Part shown: positions 14,721 through 29,590 of the stretch, piece after piece
How positions within the stretch are numbered: position 1 is the first letter of the stretch
Layout of the letters: each line of letters opens with the position of its first letter
Assembly: GCA_012295275.1 (NCBI GenBank)
Contig: CM022672.1
Coordinates: forward strand, 19,592,001-19,656,000
DNA: 64,000 nucleotides
Origin: Chrysomallon squamiferum
Taxonomy: Eukaryota > Animalia > Mollusca
Reading direction: 5' to 3'
Position numbers and translations under genes: made by a program
The notes under the pieces: generated by a model
What the model was told of the DNA's origin: nothing
What the model saw: the letters and a program-made list of their open reading frames with translations, nothing else
The model's database searches: none

Positions 14721-15510
14721 TGTTACTATAATGAAAGGAAAAAAAATAAAAACTGAAATTAAATAAGAATATGTATGTTTTATGTTTATATATATTGACA
14801 TCTGTGTTTGTGTGTATGTTGGTGTGTTTGTATATTTGTATATTTGTGTGTTTATATGTTTGTGTGTTTGTGTTTGTATATTTGTGTGAGTGTTGCTGAG
14901 TTTGTAAACATGTGGCAGTGTGTATCTTGTGTGTGTCTGTATGTGTGTTAAATCATATATTTTGGGATAAATTTATTATCTACTGCCTAATGTATTGAAA
15001 TTATAACTGGTATAAATTTGGCAGAAAGTTACTTACAACTGTCTCAAGCAATATTATGAATATTTCTTTTAAAAAAAAGTCTGGAAAATAATGCATGTGA
15101 TATACACACAGGTATATTATATATAGAGCTAAGTGCAATATTCAACAATAGCTGCTTATTTAACATGATACAGTCATACTTCAAAAGGAAATGTTGAAGG
15201 TAGCCCTTTGTTTGTGTTTGGAAGTAATACCCAGAGGAAAAGTATCAGAGATAATTTTTATTCAGTCAAAACAATAAATGTAGTGTTTGTGACCAGAAGA
15301 AGAAAAAAAGAAAAAAGCAGAAGAAGAAGAAGAAGAAAGTTTTAACACAGTCAAAGTTTATGGAGGAAGAGGCCAGATTTGTGTGATGATGTGTTATAGT
15401 TAGTTCTTCAGATTTCATCAAGATGTTCACCTAGTATTCCGAGTGGTTCAATGCAAGATGTAGCTCTGTGATGTTTGCTCACTCATCAGTTCATATAGTG
15501 TAAAGAGACG

Positions 15511-15630
<120 letters not shown>

Positions 15631-16216
15631 AGTTTAAATTGGTTCAATACAGGTTTTTCACACTTACAGACCTGTTCTGCATTTAAAAATGTTACCATTT
15701 TCAAACATTCATTCACAGGTTATAACAAAAACAAATCAACTGTGTGGAGAACAGAAGAAAAAAAAAAAAAAAAAAAAAAAAAGATTGTTTATTGGCATAA
15801 CATTATCATCCATTTCTGATCACTGTATTTATCTATGTGTTCCATTCCGAGCATCATCGTTCACTTCAGCTGCCATATTTATCTGCAGAATCCATTAAGA
15901 CACTTTTTTTCCTTTTCTTTAAATAATTTTGTCTTCTTCACTGATCTGATTTGTGACATGTGATTTGTTATGTTGGGATAAACACAGACCGAGACACTGC
16001 AAGTCCTATTAACATCCATAATTGTGTGATGTCATGCCAAATTCTTAATGATTGTTGTAGAAACATGTACTTTACAAAACGAGGTCACTTAAATGACAGC
16101 TAATTTGAAAAAAAAAAAAAAAAAAAAAAAAGAATAAAAAAAAAAAACCATTTTTTTTTTGGTTGACTTCAAGGATATTTAAAGTACAGTTGTCAAACAA
16201 AATTAGATATTTTAAA

Positions 16217-16252
<36 letters not shown>

Positions 16253-16409
16253 CATTGGACTGCAGTTTTGTTTGGTGTTATACTTACATTTGTCTGTAGA
16301 CCTGTGTGTGTGTGTGTGCAAAGAAAAGGTGTAACACAATTAATTAATATTTCAGGGTGTATGTTACAACATCTTCTTAGAAATGTTGTATAATGAGGTT
16401 AGAAAAAAA

Positions 16410-16443
<34 letters not shown>

Positions 16444-17853
16444 TTTTATTTTTTTTTTCACCAGGTAAATAAAAAAAACCCCACAATATTTGCTGTAGTA
16501 TATCAGTTTATAAATGTATATAACACAAAGCTTAGAGGGGAAAAAAAACACCAATGGAACCCCCCCCCAAAGAAATTCTTGAGAAGCGTACATATTTGTT
16601 TTATCTGTAAAGAGAATTCAACATTTACCACATTGCCTTGTAATCCCATCATTCATTTTCATTGTTTTTATATTTTTATTTATTTTTATCATTCAGTCTT
16701 TGTGGCTTCTTTTGTTCACAGCAGTAACATAATGTCTGTGGGTTTTTTTTCTTTCTTTTTTCGTCTTGTAAAATGTGTTTTGTGTAAATAAATAAAGAAA
16801 ACAAAAATAAGTTAAACTAACAGACCTTTCAATATTTTTGTGCATTTTAAATCACTCGTTTGTTTAATTTTTAAAAAAATATAACTTTCAGAAGTTAATT
16901 TTAATTTTAAAAAAACTAGAAAAATATTTCAGTAACATTTAAAATAAGTAAGTCAAAAGAGAAAAATAAAAATGAAAAGCAGAAAAGAGGTTTTTGTGAG
17001 CAAGAATATTCCTATTATTTAGTTTTATTTCATTTTTTAAAAATTTTCAAATTCAAGATTTGTTTTCCTTTTGACTAAAATTTCAACAAAGGGAAATGGT
17101 TTTAGAATTACATTTTTTTATTTCAGAAGTGGTTTATTTATAAAAACAACAAACTAAAATTATCAAAAAAAAAAAAAAAATAATAAAGTAAAAAATCCCA
17201 AAACAATCAAAGTAGAATAATAATGATGATATTTATAAAAAAATAAAAATAAAAATAAAAATGAAAAAATAAAAATAAAAATAAAAATAAAAATAAAAAT
17301 AAAATAAAAATATATAAAAGAATAATTTTTGTGGAATGTTTTGCATTTTATTATTTAAGTTTACTCAGCTTTTATTTTAAAACAAATTAACCTTGTTTTT
17401 TTTTCTAGAACAGTTGTCTGAGAACTGTAAATTGACATCCCTGGAAAAATACATTAAATTCCACCAAAGTAAAAAAAAAAAAATTAAAATTAAAAAAAAA
17501 AATAACCTTAAAAAAATGTAACTGAGAATTTCTTATTTTCTTATTTAATTTTACTCTACTTTCAACTGCAAGATAAGTTTTCTCTTTGTTTTTCTTGTTG
17601 GTTTTTTTTTAAACAAGTGTAACTGTTTGCGATTTTTTACATGGAGAAAGTACATTAAATTTTATACTTTTTATTGTTTATTTAATTTTACTTAACTTTC
17701 AGTTCTTGATTACACCTCAGTTTTTAAATGTTTCCATGTGAGAAATGTAATTTAACATGAGGAATGAATTTAAAACACTTAAAAAATTAAAAAAGATAAA
17801 ATTAGACAACAAAAATATAGCATTAATACATTTTTTAAATGAAATGAAATGAA

Positions 17854-17904
<51 letters not shown>

Positions 17905-18277
17905 AAAAAAGAAAGAAAGAAAAAAGCTGAAGAAAATTAAAAAAAAAAAAAGATAAAAAAAAAACCACAAACAAAATATATAAATAAAATATTTAAAAAA
18001 AAATACTTTTTTTTTTTTTTTTTTTTTTTGGGGATACAGAAATAGAGTATTTCCAGTATTTCATTATATTACTTTAAGTAATCTTCTTATTTATTTATTT
18101 TTTTTTTTTTTATCTACCCTCTTTATCAAAAAAACCTAATCAGACAGCCTAACACAGAGTATCAGTTTTTATTAACACAAGTATAAAAATAAAATAAAAC
18201 TAAAAAAAAAATAAAAAATTCTCTGTAAAGATAGAACAGGTATATCCAGAGAAAGGAAAAAAAAAAAAAAAAAAAGG

Positions 18278-18311
<34 letters not shown>

Positions 18312-19474
18312 TGCCTGTTGTAGGCGTCAGAAACTAATTGTAAATCCACATCTGTATTATGTTGCTCTATCTGCATTGTGACATTTGATCAATTGTATGT
18401 GACATTTTGACTGAGGTCTCCACATCATTAATTCTGTTCTGTTGTTACGCACACAGTGCTGCGCTGTTACAAATACACATGAGAAATGCACACGCGGTAG
18501 CACAGTACAGCGTGTATCACTTGATACCCAGTTGATACCCAGAGTATCAGGTTGAAAACTGCTCGTTGTTTAAGAACAAGTTAAAAGTCTGAAGAGCTGT
18601 TTAGTGTTGTCGTAGTTGTTGATGTGGTTGTTGTGGTTTGTTGTTGTTGATTCATTTTGTGATCTGTATAAATAATTTGGATTTTAAGTACATTTTAATT
18701 GTGCACGTGAGTGTGTGTGTGTGTGCACGTGTGAGTGTGTGTGATAATGAATTTATGTATTGTATTTTAAGAGTGTGTTTGTGTGTGCATGTTTGTGAAT
18801 GTTAATGTGTGTGTATGTTCGTGTTTGTTTTAGTGTGAGTGTGTGTGAATCTGTATGTATATGATGTTCGTTGTCTGTGTACAGTAACATCAATGTGAAG
18901 CTTTTTCCATTTAATTTTAAAAGTTTCCTTCAGAGTGTCATTTGATTTTAATAGTTTCTATAAACGTAAACTGTGTGATTTTTATAAACATTTTCATTGT
19001 TTGATATTTACATCAAACTGAACAACTGAAACAAACTAAAAAATATTCAATTTGTAACAAAAATCTGTGTCTTATCTTAGCTTGTTCTTCAGAGTCTTTG
19101 TTTTAATTTATCATTTAATTCTTGTTTTTGTTCAGTCATTTCTTTCTTCTTTCCTTTCTGGTTGTTTTTCTTTCTTTTCATTTATTCATTTGTATTCTTT
19201 CTTTCCATTCATTCATTCATCCTTTTCCTTTTTGCTCTTTTCTGATTTCATTTCTTTCTTTATTTTGTTCATTATTATATTTACCTTGCCTTCCTTTTCT
19301 TTATCTTTCAGACTTCTTTCATAATTAATTTTCTGTCTGTATATGTATATATATATATTTTTTGTTTTAATAATATCATTTTAAAGTTATATAGTATACA
19401 TGCCTACACACACACACACAGTATGTATTTTATTTTAATTACATTTTAAAACAGTTACGTTTTTCTTTCAACAG

Positions 19475-19696
19475 TTCCACGATCAAAGGCACGTTGTTCC
19501 ATTGCGTCCCCATTTGACTCGACCTTCGTGACTGCCTACCTGACGCACTACATATCGGGCCAAGGCTGCACATCAAACGAAACAACACCAACGTTGCAGG
19601 AGGTGCACGTCATCAATCTCAGGTCATCGACATCACAGTCGGAGCAGAGCAGACGACTTCAAGTTTCACTCAGAATCGAACCCCAGACTTCAGCAG
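19475..19696 (+). CDS. TGFBR3: TGFBR3 exon: start of orphan domain ([51 protein letters not shown]...IEPQTSA)
   Basis: ttttctttcaacag| acceptor, CAG|gttagc donor, 222 bp, phase 1-1, open frame. GCxS...QEVHVINLR parallels betaglycan GCAS...QEVHVLNLR. Confidence 0.92.
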
Positions 19697-21209
19697 GTTA
19701 GCTGTGTTTTAATAATGGTTCGAGTGGATTTGGGTTGGGTTGGGTGTGGAAAGGGGAAGGTTTTTGGTTTTGAATAATAAGTTAGACATGTATTAAAGAT
19801 GGCACTGAAAGACGGAAGGTATTCACGTTTTAGAAATTAATAATTTTTAAAGAATATAAATGTGTGTGTGTGTGTGTGTGTGTGTGTCTCTGTGTGTGTG
19901 TTTTTGAATTAATAATAAATCTCTCCGGTCTATCCACAAAAAAAAATAAAAAAATTATAAAACCAAACAGATATTAACAAAAAAGACACATGTGCTTAAA
20001 TGTTAGATAGATATATCTTTTTATTTATTTTTATTTTATTTTATTTATGATGTTGCTAAATCAGTCAGTTTTATATTTTCATTAATAAAATATATTTTGA
20101 GCATAGGTTAAGTATTGTGGGTTAATATTTAGATGACTAGATAAAACAGAAGGTTTACAATTTTTTTTTTTTTTTTAATGTTTCCTTTAAAAAATTCATT
20201 TATAATGGATCTCAATGATTTTTATCTGTCTGCCAGCTGTCCTGAATGATTGCTTTATTTTAAAAGAAGAAATTAATGATTTACTCACTGACTGATAATT
20301 TTGTCTGAACTGGATGGAGTCAAACTCAATTAAAGTGCTCTGTTTTTTAGATTTTTTTTTGATTTTTTTTTTCCACCTACAGTCCAGTGAGTGGTTAAAC
20401 TTTCAGTAATGGTGATTTTCATAAATAACAATAAACATTTTTTTAAAAGAAAAATGTTTGATCTGTTTTCTGTCCATCCATTCATTCATTCATCTTTCAT
20501 TTCAACTGTGGAATCCATCCATCTTTATTTTAAAAGTCAGTTTTTCATCCATCGATCATTTATTTTAATTCATCCATCTGTCCTACTGCTCATCCATCCA
20601 TCCATTCGTCCATCCATCTATCCATCCATCTTTCATCCATTCATCTATCTGTCCATTGATCTATCATCCATCCATCCATCTATCCATCCATCTTTTCATC
20701 CATTCATCCATCTATCCATTGATCCATCCATCCATTTATTCATCCATTCATCCATCTATCCATCCATCTTTTCATCCATTCATCCATCCGTCCATTGATC
20801 CATCATCCATCAGTCCATCTATCCATCCATCCATTCATCCATTCATCCATCTATCCATCCATCTATCCATCCATCTATTCATCCATTCACCTATCCATCT
20901 ATCCATCCATCTATTCATCCATTCATCCATCTGTCCATGCAGTGCTGTGTTACTAAGGCTTTTGTGTGTTGTATTTTTTCCAGAGAAGGAGCGTGATTAC
21001 CCGGAATACTGGAAGCCACTGATATTTATCCTCAACTCGGATGTTGCTGTTCGGTGGAAGGTTGAAGTGTTTGGGATGCCGGTCACACGGTCACGCCATC
21101 TGTTTGTGGTAAGTGAGATCTTCATACCAGCCAGTTCACTGTACTCTGCGCCAAAAGTCAAGGTCACCAGCTTTACATGCTCTGTGTGTGTATGTATGTG
21201 TATATATGT

Positions 21210-21241
<32 letters not shown>

Positions 21242-23979
21242 CTAAATACACAAGCATATGTATATATATATATGCACACATACACAAACACACTCATTGG
21301 ACACTGTTTTCATTAGTGATAGCAATTTCGAACAGAAGAGTTCTTTTTTGCGTGCAAGTGATTAATATTGGAGTCATTTCAAAAGTAATACTTTATCCTT
21401 GACCCACAAAATCCAGTTTCTTGGCAGCAAATTGTTAACATATTTTTTTTTTAAATTTTTTTTTTTTTTTTTTTTTATATAAAACAAATTCTCCTCATAG
21501 CAAGATTTATGTACATATCAGATGGATGACCTTGGCTTTATGTAAAGTTAATATAATTTGTGTGTGTGTGTGTTTTTGTTTAGTTGTGCGACCTTCAGGA
21601 TCTTTTTCCATAATTTGTACTATTTGAAATTGTAATTTAATTTTATTTTGTTCACCTTCTTTGTTATTATTTTATAAACTGATCCTCTCATTTTTTTCAC
21701 AGTCATCTTTGTAATATGAAAAATTGGTACAAAATCCCATCATCATTAGTGAACACACACACAGACAGATAGATAACACAGAACTAGTATAAAAGATATT
21801 TCTATCATTCAGCCTCTGTGATTGTCCAAGACAAAACAAACTGACAGCATTTTAATCCTTCATAATGGGATTGTTTGTTCTTTTGTGTATCAGATTCGAG
21901 AACAATTTCAATACCTTTTACAGTTAAAAGCCAGAAATAGCAAAAACAGCCGTTACAAAATTCTAAGGACATTGTTTTTCTTCATCATTATTTCTGGTTG
22001 TTGTTGTAGTTGTGGTGGTTGTGGTCATTTTCCTAATTGCAGAAAGTTTCCATTACTAACGAGCGATAATTAAATATTTATGATTTCTGTAATAATAATA
22101 ATAATAATAATAAAAAAAATAATAATTTTTTTTTTTCTTTTTTTATCTGGTATCAGGCACAGTGTTATCATTGTTAAGGTAGAATATTCCATTACCTGTG
22201 TTTCCTGTTCATTGTGTTTAATGTTTGCTCTGATAACAGGAGTGGATAGGAAATTTACCATTTCTGGTCAAGTAGCAAGCGTAAAATCACACACCTGGCA
22301 AACAGTGCTGTATAATATTCTGTTGGTGTCATGGTGATAGAACAGTAGGTAACTCATGGATTTTTTTTTTTTTTTTTTTTTAAATTAATAACAAACATTT
22401 TCCATATCTCTGTGACTTCATCTATCCATCACTCATCCATTTATCTAAACATCCATCTATCCATCACTCATCCATTTATCTAAACATCCATCTATCCATC
22501 ATTCATCCATTTATCTAAACATTCACGTATCCACCATCCATCCATTTATCTAAACATCCATCTCTATCCATCATCCATCCATTTATCTAAACATCCATCT
22601 ATCCATCATTCATCATTCATCCACCCTTTTATCATTCATTTCCTTATCTAAAAATCATTCATCCGTCTGTACGACCATTCATCCAGTTGTCATTCATTCA
22701 TTTATCCACCATCCATTCATCCATTCCTCCATTTGAACATTCCCACAAAGTCTTGTTTATTTTTTCATTTATTATGAAGGAACAAGGAAGGAACAAGTCA
22801 GTCAGTCTGTATGGTTCATTCATTCACCCCAAGTTGTTAAACTTACCAAAAAAATCATCTACCCTACTTTTTTGATGATTGAAAAGTCACCACATATAAG
22901 AGTAATTACAACTTATAGTATGTAAATGATTGATTAGAGATTTAATCAGAAATTGGAAACCCACAGGAGTAGTAATTGTAGTAGGTTTCTCATCTCATAT
23001 ATGTATCATTAGAAAATCATTTAACGACAACAGATATATAGATTTGTTTTTAACATCTCCTTTGTTTTTTGTTGTTTTTGTTTTCATTTGAAAGGCACCA
23101 TGTTCTGAAACCACTGTCTGTATGATTTCAGTTCTGTTCTTGCACTTTTAATTTACAATAAATTTTTCTTTTTATAACTAGATTATTATTATTTTTTAAT
23201 TCCATATTGTTACTGTGCATCAAAAAATATATGTATTTTTATGTCCGGTATATTGTCAGCATAAATCACTGCCTTTCACACTCATATTTTTAAATGATGG
23301 TACATTGTTTGATAAAGGTAGTTAGAATGGGATATCATGTGGATTATTCCAAAAAAATAAGTCTACTGTCACGCAGTATGCTTGTGAAGCATTGAAAGCA
23401 TAAACGAATGTGTGTTTGTTGATCGCATTTTGATGCGACACACTTTTGTTTGATGACATTGATATTAGATTGTTTGATAACCAGAGGTATTTAGAATGGG
23501 ATATCATGTGAGACAGAGTCATTTCTGATAATAAAAACATTGTTTATAGATGACATTTTTTGGCTACAACATACTTTCAATGGCACTTTAAATTTTAAAA
23601 ATATTTCTTGTAGCCGTATCTTGAAAGAACTCAACATAAACCAGCATTTAGCATATTAGCACATGGTAAGAAATAATTCTTAGTTGGTTAGTTGTTTTTT
23701 ATTTACAAGCCGAAAGTCAAGAAGACAAAAAGCACAGATTTGTAATAAAGGTTAATTTAAATTCATTCTTTCCTATGTTTGGTTAATCATTTACCCATTC
23801 ATTAATTTTTATACTTTTCCAAATATTCGTAAATTGAAGGAATGGTAAAGAATTTAAATCCGTCGATTTCTTCTTTCAGCATATCCACATGTATCCATAT
23901 GTCTGTACAGATTGGACTTTATTTGACATTCCTTTTCTTGTATCTTTGTAAATCTGTCTGTCTTTTCTCTCTATATCTT

Positions 23980-24025
<46 letters not shown>

Positions 24026-26209
24026 ATACACACACACACACACACATATATACAAACACACACGAACATATATATATATATATATATATAACTGTATTAT
24101 ATGTAAATTTTTTATTTTAATTTTACAGCTGTTCCTATTTAACATGCTAGGGTATTGTTTACAGCATAACCCAATATGTTTATGTTATTTCACATTCACC
24201 AACACATTGCATTCTCACTGATCATTAATCTTTATTGGCTTCGTGCACTTTAAACCAACTCTTTCATTAATATAAAGTATTCTTTTTTTTTTCACTTTGT
24301 TTGTTATTCCTTTTATTTTTTATTTTTTTTTTCTATCACTATTTATATCAGTGTTACAAGAAGAAAGGAAACATTTTTTTTTTACAACTTCTGAATATTG
24401 ATGTTAATAACAGACACACACACACACACACACTGCATGTATATGTGTGTGTGCATGTATGTGTGTGTGTGTGTGTGTGTGTTTGTGTATGATTAAGATT
24501 TTAACAGGTGTGTTGCAGCATACAGATGTTTGAAAATGAATATCATATTTAAAAATTATTTCTTTTATAGTGGTTTATAAATGTTCACATGAATAACATT
24601 TCATTATGCAAGTGAGTGTAAATTCATTTATATTATTATTTTCTTATATTATGTAAGAAAATACTGTCATTTTTATATATATATTTTATTAAAACAATGA
24701 AAAAATATTCACTTTTATATGTTATTTTATTATGCATGTGAATAAATATTCACATTTATGTTTGATTAATTTAGTAAAAATTCACATTTTAGTATTTTAT
24801 TATACTAGTGTACATTTGCACTTACGTATCAATTTATTATACTAGTTAATACTGACATTTATATATTATTTTATTAAAACAATGAGTGAATGTATTTCTG
24901 TATGTAATAGCAGATTTAACTACATGTTACAGATCAGCCTGTCTGAATATATATCTGTACATGTGTCTAATAGTGTTTCTTTGTTTGTCTAGTTGGCTAA
25001 ATGTCCTTCCATCCATTCATTAAATCCTAGATGTGTCCCTTTATCCCTAGATGTGTCCCTTTATCCCTCTACCCATCTTTCCATCCATCTCTGTATCTAT
25101 CCATTTCTGTCTCTCTGTTTTTCTCAACAAGCAGGCCAATATATGTATTGATGTGTTGTGTAAGTATATTTGTCAGAGTAATAGCTTTAATTCATATCAT
25201 TGTTATTGCTCTTTCTATAATTTCCCCTGCAATATCTATTTGCTCCTGGTTCCTTATTAATTCATGTTTCTTAGATTGTCCTTTTCTAACATTTTTTTTT
25301 ATTAATTATATATTTTTGATTCCTTTATGTGCTAATTTGTTGCTTCAATTCACGTCATCATATATATATATATATATATATTTTTTTTTTTTTTCTTTCC
25401 TGTTGTTTACTTTGATGATTCATTATTTTCTTTTACTCTCGTGTTTTTATTGTCTCACCTTTCTATATTTACTCACCGAACAACTTGTCCTGTTCTTCGC
25501 CTGTAGATCGTGTTACCTTTTAATGGCACCGATCTTAACAAACACTGATTCATACAACCCCACAGATCCACAGATGCGTCATTTTCGCGAAATCCCCCCT
25601 TCATTCGAACACTGCGTATTAAGTACCAGGCTGAATTTACCTGTCACTGAAAAGGATTAAGCTTAACAAATAAAACAGTTTCAGGATCAGGGCCAGGTAT
25701 TAAAGTTATAGATCAGAGTGCAAAAACCTGGAGCGGCGTTCGCTAATAATTAGAGAATTGTTATTTTTTTTTTTCTTCTTCTTCTTGGTCATATAAATTC
25801 TTCTCCTGTCTTTTATTGTTTCGACCTTTTTGTTAACAGTTGAAGGATGAGTTACTGTTGTTGTTAGTGTCACATTCTGTCTCTTTTTGCCTTGTAATTA
25901 TTCTAAACAGTTCTCGCAGAAATAAGATAAGATCTTATTTCTAATGCTCCGTTAAAAAGACCTTGAAGTAACTTTTTGAAGAAATGTATAAGGTTGCGAC
26001 GAAACGTGGCCATTGTGGTGAATGTGAAAGATGTCATGGGAAGAAAGAATCTGTAATGTGAATCAGAAAATAGTTTTTCTGTCTACTTCTCTTTTCTCTG
26101 TCTGCCTCTATGTGTGTTTATACATGTCTGTGTATGTATGTGTGTGTGTGTGTGTGTGTGTGTTGTCCTCTTTTTGTTTCTGTCTCTGTCTCTCATTCAT
26201 CTTTATTTC

Positions 26210-26272
<63 letters not shown>

Positions 26273-26474
26273 ATCCTCAGAGTGTGTTTCTCTATGATTT
26301 TCAGTTTTTAATTTCTTATGTAATTTGAAATTTGGTGTTATCAGTTCCTTCTTATCATTGAGAGTCACGTAACACTGACATAATGTATTAATCAATGAGC
26401 AGTAAATATGAAACTGGATGTAAAAAAAACAGTGTTAATGTAGAAGTCCTTAACTTGATGGAATAACAGCTTCA

Positions 26475-26515
<41 letters not shown>

Positions 26516-27150
26516 GTTTTTAGTTATTCTTTAGTTGAAAAGAAGAAAATAAACAAATAAAAATAAATAAATTACAAAGCAAACTTCCAAATCCATACCT
26601 TCAAAAAAAAAAAAAAAAAAAAATTTAAAATCAATAAATAAATAAAAAAATAAATAAATAAATAAATAAAAATAAAAATATAAATAATTACCCTCCTCCT
26701 GAAAACAACAACATCATAAAAAATGAAAAGAAAAAAAAAAAAAACCCAACAAAAACAGAAAGCAGATCAATATGACTTATCTCTGTAGATACAAACGTAC
26801 TACTCACTCTGTAACTTGCTTACTAATTCACTCAGTTGATTCACTTAATTATGGGATTTTAAATTGCTCATTACCATCTCATTCACTGCTCACAACTTAC
26901 TCGTTTTCTCATTTGCTCACTCAGTTATTTTATTAAATCAAACTTGCACTGTGCCTTACAGGTTTTTAATGACCCTGTTTTGCAGAGTACAGCTGTACAA
27001 TTTGCAGTAACAGTTTTTACACATTTTACATAACCAGTTCATACGTAACACACTGATTTATAAGCTGCACATTACTTCAGATATTTACAGTGAAGTGTCC
27101 AATAGTTTATGTGGATTTTTAGGCAGTGGTCTCAGTGACTACACAAAATG

Positions 27151-27206
<56 letters not shown>

Positions 27207-27358
27207 TGTGTGTCAATAGGCGACATTTGAATACATGTAACTGAAACACACACACACACACACACACATTCTGGAAGATGAACAAAATTGAACATACTGA
27301 GTAAATGTATCCACAAATATATAAATATTTTAATGTATTTGAATTTTACTTAAAAATG

Positions 27359-27395
<37 letters not shown>

Positions 27396-28130
27396 ATAAA
27401 ATGAATTAGCATTAAATATCCATAAACTGAGACATAAAACAACAAGGGGGAGTAAATTTTTTATTTTTGTTTGGACATTTTGAGTTTTTATTTATTCAAA
27501 TTATCCAAGAAAAAACAACAACAACAACAAGAAAGACAAAAGAGATGCATATAAGAATTTAAAACTGTCCTAAGAATAAAAAGATATATATTTGCATGTT
27601 AGAAACTTGATGTAGAGTTTGTTTCTAGAAATACTTTTAACAGTTTCCAGACCGCGTAACTTGCACTAGCAAAAACCTACTGGTTGCTCCAAGTACACCA
27701 AAATTACTCAAAAGTGTAATTAACACAGCAGTGCACCGAAACCTTCATTACGCCGAGCTTGATTGTGAAAACATGAATGCACCCAAGACCAGTCGACTTT
27801 GGGTTGTATAAACTTTTTCTCGATTTTGGTGGAATAGAATTTTGATGGAAATTCTCTCTGGGCTGGTGAACTCTGCGAATGTTTGTTGTTGTTGGAAAGC
27901 AGTGGCAATAGCAGAGATGAGAGAGCGAAGCTGTAGCGAGACAGATGGCAACGTGATGCACAACGCCAGGCAGCTAACCGAGGGTTAAGGTGCTGGCTTC
28001 TGTACCACTGATCACATCCGTCTCAATTAGGTGTAACCTATTTCTTCTTTTTTTTTTTTTTTTTTTGTCCCTTTGATTTTTCTTTACTAGTGTTCTTTTT
28101 TTTTTTTTTTGTATTTCTTTACTATTGTTC

Positions 28131-28168
<38 letters not shown>

Positions 28169-29202
28169 ATTTCTTTACTATTGTTTTTTTTTTTATTGTT
28201 GTTTTTCTTTGATTTTTCTTTTACTGTTCTTTTTTTTAATTTTTGTATTTCTTTACTATTGTTCTTTTTTTTTTTACTGTTGTTTTTATTTGATTTTTCT
28301 TTTCTTTTTTTTCACTTTTTTCTTTTTCTTTATTGTTTTTTTTTTTTTGCATTCTTCTATTGCTTTACTGACATTGTTTTTTAACTTTGATTTTTTTTAT
28401 TTCTTTGCTGTTGTTGTTTTTTCTTTCATTTTTCTATTTCTTTATTGTTGCTTGTTTACTATCAATTTTGTATTTCTTTATTTTTGTTAATTTATTTGAT
28501 TTTTCTTTTTTTTTTACTGCTTGACCTATTTAAAAAAATTTTTACTGTTTTGTTCATTTTATTTTTAAATTATTTTTACTATTGTTTTTTCTATGCTTTT
28601 TCTATTTCTTTAGTGTTTTTTGTGGTTTTAGGTTTTTAGATTTTGCTATTTCTTTTACTTTACTGTTTTTTTTTGTGATTTTTTGAATTCTTTACTGGGT
28701 TTTTTTTCTGTGATTTTTCAATTTCTTTACTGTTTTTTTTTTCTGTTTTTTTCTAGTTCTTACTGTTTTTTTCTGTGAACTTTCAATTTTTTACTGTTTT
28801 TTTTCTGTGATTTTTCTATTTCTTTACTGTTTTTTCTAATTCTTTACTGGGTTTTTCTGTGATTTTTTTTTTATTTTTTTTTTTTTTTAATGTTTTTTCT
28901 GTGATTTTTCTAATTTCTTTACTGTTTTTTTTTGTGATTTTTTTTTCTTTATTTTTTTGATTTTTCTTTTACTTTGTTTTTTTTCTGTGATTTTTCTATT
29001 TCTTTTGTTGTTGTTTTTTTTTCTGTTTCTTTCTATGTTTTTCTATTTCTTTACTGTTGTTTTTTCTGTGATTTTTCTATTTCTTTACTGGGTTTTTTTC
29101 TGTGATATTTCTATTTCTTTACTGTTTTTGTTTTTTCTTTGATTTTTCTTTTTATTTTTCTTTACTGTTATTTTTTCTTTACACATGGATTCTTATTAAT
29201 TT

Positions 29203-29236
<34 letters not shown>

Positions 29237-29559
29237 TATTCCTAATAAATGAAATGATGAATTTTTAAAATTTTATTTATTTGTTTGTAATAAGATACAC
29301 TGATATTTAATAAGAAATGCTTACAAAAACCCACCTTTCTATTTATCTTTATTACTAAAAATGACAAGGCATAATATTTTTGCTACTAAAAATGACAAGG
29401 AATAAAAAATTTAATACTTAAAACGACATAAAGAAATCTCTACTTGATGGATTGCTAGGGTGATGTTTTTTTTAAATGTTATTACTGCTGCTTGCTCGCT
29501 GTTTCTTCTTCATGTTTTTGTTGTTTTTTTGTTTTGTTTTGTTTTTAATTTTTAAATTC

Positions 29560-29590
<31 letters not shown>

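Noticed and set aside
18310-18680. CpG-containing patch and MWLLWFVVV-like ORF as an alternative first exon
   Set aside because: The ORF comes from (GTT)n and stops without a usable phase-1 donor; at most an enhancer-like segment.
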